The position numbers and the translations under genes were made by a program. Below are positions 53,225 through 61,740 of a stretch of DNA of 64,000 bases, piece by piece. Location of the stretch: positions 512,001-576,000 of the forward strand of contig CAVSHF010000003.1 of the NCBI GenBank assembly GCA_963727805.1, written 5' to 3'. This DNA comes from an uncultured Nitrospiraceae bacterium (lineage in GTDB: Bacteria > Nitrospirota > Thermodesulfovibrionia > Thermodesulfovibrionales > Dissulfurispiraceae). The notes beneath the pieces are model-generated. The model did no database searches and was not told the origin of the DNA. It saw only the letters and a program-made list of their open reading frames with translations. How positions within the stretch are numbered: position 1 is the first letter of the stretch; every line of letters begins with the position of its first letter.

Positions 53225-53264
53225 AAAAGGCCGCTGCAAGGACTTTCCTCTCAGCAGGCCTTTT
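53225..53264. terminator. Probable bidirectional terminator between convergent operons
   Basis: AAAAGGCC-GCTG...CAGC-A-GGCCTTTT imperfect stem with A/T tracts. Confidence 0.6.
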
Positions 53265-53289
53265 CTCGGTCTTTGCTGTTTTGTTCTCG

Positions 53290-53679
53290 CTACTTCTTAG
53301 CCTGTTTCGACGCTTTATTGAACCCCTTTGTCCCGATATGACATCTGGCGCACTGGGTATCCGAGGCGAATGCCATGCCGTCCTTTGCATGGCATGTTCC
53401 ACAGTATTTCTTATCATAGAGACCCTTCATATTGAAATCAGGCTTATTCTGAGCACTCAATGCTTCCATCTGAAAGATCTTCTCATGGCATGCATTGCAA
53501 TCAAGCCCCATGGCTGCATGACTCTTATGGCTGAACAACACTGATTTCACAGGCTTGCCATAGATAATCTCCCCGCCTCCGATCGTTTCATCTTCTGCAA
53601 TGCTCCGTCCCTCATACACGGTCATCATCACCGCAACGGCGAGCAAAATAATTAACACAGATATATGTTTCATGCGCAC
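53290..53679 (-). CDS. Periplasmic triheme c7-type cytochrome
   Basis: Signal peptide, FSHKSH, CNACH, CGTCH, CARCH. Confidence 0.92.
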   Translation of the reverse strand: MRMKHISVLIILLAVAVMMTVYEGRSIAEDETIGGGEIIYGKPVKSVLFSHKSHAAMGLDCNACHEKIFQMEALSAQNKPDFNMKGLYDKKYCGTCHAKDGMAFASDTQCARCHIGTKGFNKASKQAKK

Positions 53680-53703
53680 TGGGTACCCTCCCTCCTCATT
53701 TTA

Positions 53704-54459
53704 CTAACCTTTTGTGTAAAAAACATTCGGCTTTGCTCCGGCTTCAGGCCTCAATACCCATACCGTCTTTTCGAGGTTATGCACCGTCCGGAATACCTCG
53801 CTCCCTGAATCCGAAAGGTCTCCAAAGGTCCTGCATTTCGCCGGACATGCTTCAGCGCATGCAGTCAACTTCTCACCTTTGGAAAGCCGCGAGTTGAAGC
53901 AGAAATCGCATTTATCGACTGCTCTCGTCTCTTCATTAAAATACCGGGCGTTGTACGGGCAGGCCGCCAGGCAGGTCTTGCACCCAATGCACTTTTTTGA
54001 CTCCATCATAACGATGCCGGTCGTTGGGCTCTTGTACGTTGCCTTTGTCGGACATCCGGTTACACAAGGAGGATTATTGCACTGGTTACACAGCACCGGG
54101 ATGAATTCCCTGGACCTCTCCACCGCCTTGCGGTCCTCACGCTCCAGTATCCGCGTCCTGTATCCATAGGTCGGAACATTGTTCGTCTTGGCACAAACCG
54201 TCGTACACACTTCGCAGTCGATACAGCGGTCCTGATGTACAACCATACTGTAATGAGGCTTGTACGGATACTGTTCTGTAAACTCGCGGGTCGACGCAAA
54301 GGCCTTTCCAACTATCGAAGTCGCCGAAAGAATGCTCCCCCCCGCAAAAACCCCGGTGATCAGCAGGCCGAGTTTCAGAAAGTCACGCCTTTCAAGCGAG
54401 GGTATGATTTCGGGACTCTCCCGCTTCATACCGTCTATGTTTATTTTTTTGGATATCAT
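53704..54459 (-). CDS. Tat-exported 4x[4Fe-4S] protein (NrfC/PsrB family)
   Basis: RRDFLK Tat motif, four Cys clusters, PNVFY end; GGAGG SD before ATG 54459. Confidence 0.92.
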   Translation of the reverse strand: MISKKINIDGMKRESPEIIPSLERRDFLKLGLLITGVFAGGSILSATSIVGKAFASTREFTEQYPYKPHYSMVVHQDRCIDCEVCTTVCAKTNNVPTYGYRTRILEREDRKAVERSREFIPVLCNQCNNPPCVTGCPTKATYKSPTTGIVMMESKKCIGCKTCLAACPYNARYFNEETRAVDKCDFCFNSRLSKGEKLTACAEACPAKCRTFGDLSDSGSEVFRTVHNLEKTVWVLRPEAGAKPNVFYTKG

Positions 54460-54487
54460 CTCACATCCTCCATTGCCAATATCAGTC

Positions 54488-55711
54488 TCAGTGGATTTCA
54501 CTCTTGTGCCCGCTAAACACTTTTTCGCCTAGCAGGAAAGTGAGGCCTACGAATCCCATGCCCCCAAGCACGATCATAATCTCATGAGCCGACGGCGTGT
54601 AGGTAAGAAGCTGCGAATATTCGTTGACTCCCATCTCATAATACACCGGAACAAGCTGTCCCACGATTACAAGATCGTATCTCATGAAGAAGATACCGAA
54701 GATCATCAGGGCCGATGCCGTTACGATCATTTTGAGGTTCTGTCCCCGCGACAGTATGAACAGTGCCAGCGGAATCACCATGCCCGCCGCTACCTCTAGA
54801 CCCCAGAAGTTGAACGCATAGCTGCCGGTCAGTAGCAGCTCCAGCGCTGCCGTCTTGGCTTCTCCACCCACAAAGCCGGTAATGAACTTCCAGGCCGTGA
54901 AGAACAGGATCACCGAGATGAGAAGAATCCCAACCTTCGTCGTCACCTGCAGTGCCTTTTTCATTAAACCATCCATCTTTTGACCGTTGACCTTGTAAGC
55001 CAGCCACGTGAAAAAGATGATCGTGGCTGCTCCAGACATCATGGCAGATGCGATGAAGTAAATCGGCATGTAAGGTCCATACCAGAATTCCCGGCCATGG
55101 AGCATTCCGAAAACCGCGCCCAAATTGCTATGTGCCGCAATACCTGCAACAACCCCCATAAATCCAACTATAGTGGCTATCCGCGGTTTGTTTATCACAA
55201 GAAACGTGAATTCTACCGCCATAAACAACATATAAGCTCCGTAGAGAGTTCCCATCCACCAGATGTTAGAGGTCAAATTCGGCGAAATAACATTGTAGAT
55301 CGCCATCCTCAATGGATTCTCAATCTCAAACGCTATGACGAAGAATCCCGCCATAATCGTCATAATCGATAGAAATATAGCCCTCTTTGCTATAGGCATA
55401 AAATCCTTCACTCCAAATACATGCCCTATGGAAGATACAAGACACAATCCCGTAGAGGTTACGACAAAGAAAACATATGTCGAAATCAAAATACCCCAGG
55501 GCACTTCCCTCGATGCCCCATAAGCATGCATTGTGCCGACATACTGCGCATGAATCCCCGCAGCCACAGCGGTAAGTAAAAGAAGCCCTGAGATGATTAG
55601 TGCTGCATAGTAACCTTTTGTCCCCTGCAGGCTCTGTAATACTCCAGCGGTTCCCGCTCTCCAACCGGTTAGTACTGCAGCGTCAGCAGTCTTTGTGACA
55701 TCTTCAGCCAT
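54488..55711 (-). CDS. NrfD/PsrC-family quinone-interacting membrane subunit
   Basis: VPWGILISTYVFF, SNIWWMG, AHSNLG, RYDLVIVGQ; about 10 TMs. Confidence 0.92.
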   Translation of the reverse strand: MAEDVTKTADAAVLTGWRAGTAGVLQSLQGTKGYYAALIISGLLLLTAVAAGIHAQYVGTMHAYGASREVPWGILISTYVFFVVTSTGLCLVSSIGHVFGVKDFMPIAKRAIFLSIMTIMAGFFVIAFEIENPLRMAIYNVISPNLTSNIWWMGTLYGAYMLFMAVEFTFLVINKPRIATIVGFMGVVAGIAAHSNLGAVFGMLHGREFWYGPYMPIYFIASAMMSGAATIIFFTWLAYKVNGQKMDGLMKKALQVTTKVGILLISVILFFTAWKFITGFVGGEAKTAALELLLTGSYAFNFWGLEVAAGMVIPLALFILSRGQNLKMIVTASALMIFGIFFMRYDLVIVGQLVPVYYEMGVNEYSQLLTYTPSAHEIMIVLGGMGFVGLTFLLGEKVFSGHKSEIH

Positions 55712-55742
55712 TTCCCTTTCCTCCTTTATCTTCTGTCTCTAA

Positions 55743-56075
55743 TTAACTCTTTTTCTCTTTTACCGTCAGTCCTACTTGCGCCGTCTTGCCTGCTCTTACC
55801 GTATCCGCAACGGTTCCCGTCAACCACCCTATGATCGATATGCCAACCACAAATACAAATCCCGTTACCAAAACCGCCAGTACCATCGAAAGACCTACCA
55901 GCATCCTGGGTACAAGCTCCATGCCAAGCGGAGTCCCAAAAAGATGTCCCGCGATCTTCAATCCTAAAACACCACCAATAAATGAACTCGGCAGCAACCC
56001 GATTATCGCAAACAGTACCAAGCCTGCTACCGCCCCTGAATAAAGTCCCTTTCTTGCTATGTTGCCTGTTTTCAT
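55743..56075 (-). CDS. Gly-rich small membrane protein, paralog 2
   Basis: AAGGAG SD; clearly similar to 56114-56419. Confidence 0.8.
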   Translation of the reverse strand: MKTGNIARKGLYSGAVAGLVLFAIIGLLPSSFIGGVLGLKIAGHLFGTPLGMELVPRMLVGLSMVLAVLVTGFVFVVGISIIGWLTGTVADTVRAGKTAQVGLTVKEKKS

Positions 56076-56113
56076 AACCCACACTCCTTTCATATATAAT
56101 TGCGTTGAAATAG

Positions 56114-56419
56114 TTACACTGACCCCTGCAACCTTCTCAGCCGTGCCGCCAGGTTGATATTGGCTATCGCCCAGCCGATCAGAGACGTCCCAACAACAAA
56201 AACAAGCCCCGTCACCATTACCCCCGTTACCATCGATATGCCCACAACAGCCCTTGAAAGTAACGCAGTTTCTACGGTAGTTCCCAATACGTATGAAGCG
56301 ATCTTCAATCCAAGTACTCCACCTACAAAGGAACTGGGCAGCATGCCGATCAGTATGAATAAAACCAATCCTGCCGTCGCCCCTATGTATAAGCCTTTCT
56401 TTGCAGTTTCCGTTTTCAT
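56114..56419 (-). CDS. Gly-rich small membrane protein, paralog 1
   Basis: AGGAGG SD; shares GLVLF..IG.LPSSF.GGVLGLKIA with neighbour. Confidence 0.8.
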   Translation of the reverse strand: MKTETAKKGLYIGATAGLVLFILIGMLPSSFVGGVLGLKIASYVLGTTVETALLSRAVVGISMVTGVMVTGLVFVVGTSLIGWAIANINLAARLRRLQGSV

Positions 56420-56454
56420 GTGCCCTGTCCTCCTTTGTTCAGTTATCTATATCA

Positions 56455-56470
56455 AGCAGATTCCATGCCA
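56455..56470 (-). promoter_or_regulatory. Sigma-54 (-24/-12) promoter
   Basis: Minus strand TGGCATGGAATCTGCT (GG-N10-GC), 35 nt upstream of ATG 56419. Confidence 0.8.
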
Positions 56471-56512
56471 TCTCTTATTTCATTGATATTTCAGATATTT
56501 TTGTTTGATTTG

Positions 56513-56530
56513 TTTTGCAGAAATGCAAAA
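56513..56530. promoter_or_regulatory. Candidate enhancer (UAS) palindrome
   Basis: TTTTGCA-GAAA-TGCAAAA perfect inverted repeat upstream of the sigma-54 promoter. Confidence 0.6.
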
Positions 56531-56893
56531 ATATTTGCGGCTATAGGCATAAAAGCGAAAATGCTATCGATTGAAGGACGCTTCAGATCACGGTCCATCC
56601 ACACGGCGCCGCCTTCCGCCCCGGACGGCGTGAACACTGATAAACCTCAGCGCCGTCAGTATCATGAATGATTATGGAAATAATCATCGAACCGGCGTTA
56701 TCGTGCTCTATTTAGAGTCATTACCGCAGAGACATGGTTTATTATACAAGCTTTCTTGCTGAAGTCGAGACCATCGCTCGCCATGGAGGATGTTGGTGCC
56801 ACCTGCCAGTCACGAGTTCTCGCAGTATGGCCAGATCAATGATTAACAAAAAAGCTCACTGACCCGCAGTAGGTTGTTTTCTCAGAGGGAAAA

Positions 56894-58483
56894 TCATTCT
56901 GTCGTCTTCGGCTTTGGTAGTGTGAAGTAAAACATAGCGCCCTGTCCCATAATGCTTTCGGCCCAGACTTTTCCGCCATGTCGGGATATAATGCGCTGCA
57001 CATTCGCGAGGCCAATGCCCGTACCTTCAAATTCCTCCTGTGTATGTAGTCGCTGGAATACGCCGAAAAGCCTATCTGCATATTTCATGTCAAACCCTAT
57101 GCCGTTGTCTTTGACGAAAAAGATAGTTTCATCCTTGTCATTTTTATAGCCAATCTTAATTTCAGCATGGGGACGAGTACTCGTGTATTTAATTGCATTA
57201 GAGACCAGATTAGAAAGTACGAGACTCAGCATCGATGGATCACCATATACGTCAGGAAGTTCATCAATATCCCATGTAATATCTCGCGCCTGCACTTCAT
57301 GCTGACCTTCCCGGATAGCCGATCTCACAAGGGCACTTAAGTTTATTTTCTTCCTTTGCATCTCTGCACGGCCCATGCGGGAAAAAGCAAGAAGGTCGTC
57401 GATTAGCATCCCCATCCGTTTGGCAGAACCTGCTATCATATCTATATACTGTTGGCCTTTCACATCAAGTTGGCTCTGCACATGCTTTCGCAGCAATTCG
57501 ACAAAGCTCGACATGTGCCGGAGGGGGGCTCGAAGATCATGAGAAACTGTGTAGCTAAACTTCTCCAGTTCCTGATTCGCAGCAGTCAATTCGGTTGTAC
57601 GCTCCGCCACCAAATCCTCCAGATGCATCCGATATCGCTCCAACTCTTTCTCAGCTCCTTTGCGTTCGCTGATATCGCGTGCGACATGTACTCCTCCAAC
57701 CAACCGCCCATCCTTGCCGCGTAACGGCGAAACGGTTACCAGGTAATCAGCAGCCAAGCGGTCGTCGCGCATCTCCACGGTGCATTCTCGTCCGTCCTCA
57801 AGAACCCGGCTGTATGGACAACTCGGCGGGGCCACGCTGTTACCGCAGACTGCGCCATAACATGTTAGTCCGACACATTCCTCTGGTGGCATGCCCAGCC
57901 TGACTGCCATAGCCTTGTTCGCACGGACAATTCGATATTCAAGGTCTAGCAAGGCGATCGCGTCGGGGACCGCTTCGAATGTTCGTTCCCAATCGTCCTT
58001 CGCTTGAAGGACGGCCGTCTCTGAAATTTTGCGGGAGTACGTTGCTCCAATAAGTCCGGCAACTGCCAAATAGAGATCAAGTGTTTCATTCTCCAGCTGA
58101 GTGGCCGATAGGTGCCCCACCATCATCACCGCGATCACATGATTTTCATGAGGTATGGGAAAGAAGGCTGCAGCGATTGGATCATCAGATGGAATGGATA
58201 TAAACGTGAGAAAGCCGTTCTCAAAAACATCGCCCATCGCTTCGATGATTTCAGGTTTCGAAAGCCGACGTGAGGCACCCCTATCGGAAAATGCCCAGTG
58301 GTCGATCTCGATTGCTCCGTCAGGATGCTGTCTTCCAAAGGCAGCAAAGTCGGCCCCGAAAAACTTGATCAGTACCTTTCCCGCCTCTTCCCAGATATCC
58401 TGCCCGGTTGTCAGAGCGGCTAAATATTGGGCGGCATTTATAAACGCCTTCAATTGGTGCTTATCAGAAAACGATCTGGTCAT
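56894..58483 (-). CDS. Soluble sensor histidine kinase (GAF-like, PAS, HisKA, HATPase)
   Basis: No TM; WERTFEAVPD PAS, SHDLRAPL, DNGIG, FQRLH, GTGIGL; start 58483 (alternative 58525). Confidence 0.9.
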   Translation of the reverse strand: MTRSFSDKHQLKAFINAAQYLAALTTGQDIWEEAGKVLIKFFGADFAAFGRQHPDGAIEIDHWAFSDRGASRRLSKPEIIEAMGDVFENGFLTFISIPSDDPIAAAFFPIPHENHVIAVMMVGHLSATQLENETLDLYLAVAGLIGATYSRKISETAVLQAKDDWERTFEAVPDAIALLDLEYRIVRANKAMAVRLGMPPEECVGLTCYGAVCGNSVAPPSCPYSRVLEDGRECTVEMRDDRLAADYLVTVSPLRGKDGRLVGGVHVARDISERKGAEKELERYRMHLEDLVAERTTELTAANQELEKFSYTVSHDLRAPLRHMSSFVELLRKHVQSQLDVKGQQYIDMIAGSAKRMGMLIDDLLAFSRMGRAEMQRKKINLSALVRSAIREGQHEVQARDITWDIDELPDVYGDPSMLSLVLSNLVSNAIKYTSTRPHAEIKIGYKNDKDETIFFVKDNGIGFDMKYADRLFGVFQRLHTQEEFEGTGIGLANVQRIISRHGGKVWAESIMGQGAMFYFTLPKPKTTE

Positions 58484-60089
58484 GGCAAATATTCTCAATA
58501 CTAGATTGTAAATGGAGATTTTCAAGGAAAAGCGTCTCGAACTCGGCGACGGAGGATAAATTTACAAAGACTGCATTACTCCTGACCTCCTGCAACCGTG
58601 CTTTAGCGTCAGGCGAAAGGAGCAATGCTTCGCATCCGGAGAGTGCCGTGTTGCCAGAAGTTTCTATAGATAGCCCAATGATTGCCGGCAGAAGCCCTAT
58701 CTGCTGAGCATTTGCTATATTGAGATATTGTCCGAAAATTCCGCCAATGCATATTCGCCGCAACTCGCGATATTCCATGCCTGCTTTCGTCATCAGGACC
58801 TTGACGGCTACTCCGATGGCGGCTTTTGCGCGTTGAAACATGTCGATGTCTCTCTTGGTCAGGACAATCTCCAGGTCGTCGCGACGAATTGGCAATCCAT
58901 ATGCTGGAACGGACGGTGCGAATTGCCCCTTGTTGTTCAATGTCCCGTTTCTAACGAGGCATGCAAGCAGGTCTACCATGCCGGACCCGCACAAACCTCG
59001 TGGTTCGGCGTCGGCAACGACGTCGAATGCAAGCTCTCCTGTCGTATCGGAAATATGTACACGGTAAATGGCGCCCGGTTCCGCCGCCATGCCGCAGCTT
59101 ATACCGCAACCCTCAAAAGCTGGGCCTCCGGCTGCAGATGTCGCCCATAGCTTGTTCCCGTCCCAAAGGGCTACCTCCGAATTGGTCCCAAAATCGACCA
59201 GAAGAGCACCGCGACCATGTTCAATCAGGTTTGTTGCTATGACGCCGGAAAGAAGATCGGAGCCTACAAAACCTGCCAAGGGAGCAATAACGTCGATAGC
59301 CGCTTTCGAGCTAATCCCCCAGTTAGCACCCCATGATGCCGTTTCCAGAGGAAGGCATTCAATAGATTCACTCCAGTAGCGCGGTTGCAACAAAAGATGA
59401 TGGTTTTGCCCCGACAACAGGGCCAGCATCGCGGTGTTTCCCACTATAACAACACGTTCAACCCTTCGCAGGTCGATTCCCTCCCTAGTTCCAATATCGT
59501 GCAAACCCTCACCTATTGCCTGAATAACCTGTCGGCTCAATTTTTCACCATGTTCGTCTGATTGTGCCGACATCAGGCGAGTCAGGACATCGGTGCCCGA
59601 GTCAGATTGCGGATTAAGGCCACGGCGCCCCGCCAAACGGCCGTGGGTTTGAATATCCAGCAATGAAATTGAAATGTGGGTAGTTCCGAGATCTACACTG
59701 GCGCCGATAGGATGTGCTGTTTCCGGGTGAGACGCCCGTTGTGAGCCCGGGATGCAGGTTTTGTTCCATCCCCGGTCGAGGCTACGCCATACCGATTTGG
59801 GGGCGGGGCTGAGAATCTCGATTTGCATATCCCGCTCCACTTTCACCTGGCAGGCAAGCCGCACCCCTTGAGACAGCAACCTTGTGCCGAGGTTTGTCAG
59901 CTCATTCACCGAAGGTGCCCCCGCGTTGCCGCCCACAACCTTGATGCGGCACATGCCGCAGGCGCCCGCACCGTTACATCCGCTGCGGACCCGCAGGTCA
60001 GTTTCATCGAGGATATCACGGACGGAACGACCGGACAGGAATGGCATCTGTCGATCTTTATCCGCCCGCTTAACAGTGAGAATAGGCAC
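58464..60089 (-). CDS. RACo-type ATP-dependent reductive activator of corrinoid proteins ([2Fe-2S] + ASKHA)
   Basis: CNGAGACGMC...RLACQ, DLGTT, DFGTNSE, GPAFEG, GLCGSG. Confidence 0.9.
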   Translation of the reverse strand: MPILTVKRADKDRQMPFLSGRSVRDILDETDLRVRSGCNGAGACGMCRIKVVGGNAGAPSVNELTNLGTRLLSQGVRLACQVKVERDMQIEILSPAPKSVWRSLDRGWNKTCIPGSQRASHPETAHPIGASVDLGTTHISISLLDIQTHGRLAGRRGLNPQSDSGTDVLTRLMSAQSDEHGEKLSRQVIQAIGEGLHDIGTREGIDLRRVERVVIVGNTAMLALLSGQNHHLLLQPRYWSESIECLPLETASWGANWGISSKAAIDVIAPLAGFVGSDLLSGVIATNLIEHGRGALLVDFGTNSEVALWDGNKLWATSAAGGPAFEGCGISCGMAAEPGAIYRVHISDTTGELAFDVVADAEPRGLCGSGMVDLLACLVRNGTLNNKGQFAPSVPAYGLPIRRDDLEIVLTKRDIDMFQRAKAAIGVAVKVLMTKAGMEYRELRRICIGGIFGQYLNIANAQQIGLLPAIIGLSIETSGNTALSGCEALLLSPDAKARLQEVRSNAVFVNLSSVAEFETLFLENLHLQSSIENICHDQIVF

Positions 60090-61105
60090 TAAATCACCAC
60101 TTGTCGTGTGGCGCGCACCATGGCGACCACATTCTCAGGTTTGGATTCTGGGGGGATTTCACATCCGGAAGAGAGGATAAGGCCTCCGTGCGAACTGAAA
60201 AGTTCCAGCAAACTTGCCGACTCCTCAGCAATGTCGTCTGGTGTAGCTTCGACAAAAGAAAGTGGTTTTATGTTGCCGTCAAGACAGGTCTGGGGCAGAA
60301 TCTGCCGTGCACGAAGTGGATCGATGCAGTAATCGAAATTTGCAATGTCCACTCCGGCCTCCGGATAAAAAGGATAGATCGTTTCAGCCGGACCGGCGAT
60401 ATGAAGCCAGCTGGCAAACGATCCTCCTGACTTCAATGCAGAAAAAAGCCTTTTTATGCGCGGCAGCACGAACTCACGGAAAAACTGTGGAGGGATGACC
60501 GCTGGCGAGGCGGAAGGATCGAATACCAACGGCAGATGTGCCCCTGCATCGATCTGAGCCAAGCCGAAAGAAACAGCAACTTCTAATGAAAAATCTAGAA
60601 CTTTGGCAAAGAGATCCGGTTCGTCTGCGGCAAGGAAAAGAGTCTTCTCTGGCCCCATCAATTGCATTGCCAGAGTCATCGGGCCTAAGACGCAGCCGAC
60701 AATCAGGACCTCGTCCTGCAGCTCACGGCGCATAATCTGCGCAGCCTTGAGTATTTCAGGCATGCGACCGCTCCGTTTGGGATCCGGCACAGCGAGCTTA
60801 TCCACGTCCCCGGCATCCGCAATTGCATACTGTTCGATAAATGGGTACATATCGGCGCGGTAGGTCAGGCTCGCACCAACCGCTTCGGTCTCCACGCCGG
60901 CATCCATGAGTGCGAAGACGGCATCGTAGCCGTAATAAGAAAGTGCATTCATCTGGCAGCGCGCCAATAGTTCGCCGTCTCTGACATACGATCCCAGGGA
61001 CACATTACCGAGGACAGCCGCATGCCCGAAAACCTGAGCAATCACAGGCACTCGGTCAGGTTTTCCAAAACTTAACGTCGCCTGAATCCGATCCAGGCTG
61101 TTCAT
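60089..61105 (-). CDS. URO-D/MtaA-CmuA family methyltransferase-like protein
   Basis: PDRVPV, ETEAVGA, GRMP, GNI, LSSGCEIP, PENV; located between corrinoid protein and RACo. Confidence 0.85.
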   Translation of the reverse strand: MNSLDRIQATLSFGKPDRVPVIAQVFGHAAVLGNVSLGSYVRDGELLARCQMNALSYYGYDAVFALMDAGVETEAVGASLTYRADMYPFIEQYAIADAGDVDKLAVPDPKRSGRMPEILKAAQIMRRELQDEVLIVGCVLGPMTLAMQLMGPEKTLFLAADEPDLFAKVLDFSLEVAVSFGLAQIDAGAHLPLVFDPSASPAVIPPQFFREFVLPRIKRLFSALKSGGSFASWLHIAGPAETIYPFYPEAGVDIANFDYCIDPLRARQILPQTCLDGNIKPLSFVEATPDDIAEESASLLELFSSHGGLILSSGCEIPPESKPENVVAMVRATRQVVI

Positions 61106-61740
61106 TTTATCTCCTGGTTAGGACGATCGAGGTAACGAATGCCATCAAAAACGGAATCTGCCACATAATCCACATTGAGAATATCCTCACTAGCCTGCTT
61201 CAATGCTGCTCCCCCCGCTAAAATCTTTACTTTTGTCAGACCGCGCGCTCGCGCCAAAGGCATGACCCGCCGCACCAATGGGATAACGCTCGTTATAAGG
61301 CCGCTTATAGCAATTATCTCTGCCCCTTCCCGAACGGCGGCATCAACCAGTTTCTCTACAGGACAGTCCTTGCCGCAATCAACGACCCTGTATCCCTTGG
61401 CAGTCATGATAGTCTTGACAATATTTTTCCCCAGGTCATGAACATCACCTTCAAGGCTTGCAATTACAACAATTCCTCGTGTGGCTAGAGGGGGCAAATC
61501 AGGATAAAGTGTCTTGATAACTCCCATCACCGCCCGCCCGACAAGCATTATTTCAAGCAGGTTGAACTGCTCCACAGTGCATTTTGTATCGAGCAACTCC
61601 ATGGCTTTCTCAATGCCATCGGTAATGATCACTTCATTATCAATGCTGGCATTTCGCAAGACAGTTACCTCAGAAATGGCACGTGCCTGATCACCATCTA
61701 GCAAAGCTTCAATAAGTTTTTCCAGAGATTGGTTATTCAT
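61102..61740 (-). CDS. Corrinoid (B12-binding) protein, MtaC/MtbC-like
   Basis: Helical cap, EGDVHDLGKNIV (DxHxxG), SGL, GGA. Confidence 0.92.
   Translation of the reverse strand: MNNQSLEKLIEALLDGDQARAISEVTVLRNASIDNEVIITDGIEKAMELLDTKCTVEQFNLLEIMLVGRAVMGVIKTLYPDLPPLATRGIVVIASLEGDVHDLGKNIVKTIMTAKGYRVVDCGKDCPVEKLVDAAVREGAEIIAISGLITSVIPLVRRVMPLARARGLTKVKILAGGAALKQASEDILNVDYVADSVFDGIRYLDRPNQEIK

Noticed and set aside
56580..56890. GC-rich inverted repeat (GACGGCG...CGCCGTC) and possible response-regulator remnant
   Set aside because: No receiver-domain motif in the frames read and no known RNA motif.
60089..60091. Pyrrolysine readthrough of the TAG ending the MtaA-like gene
   Set aside because: Protein is already full length, the next gene is in another frame, and no pyl genes are seen.
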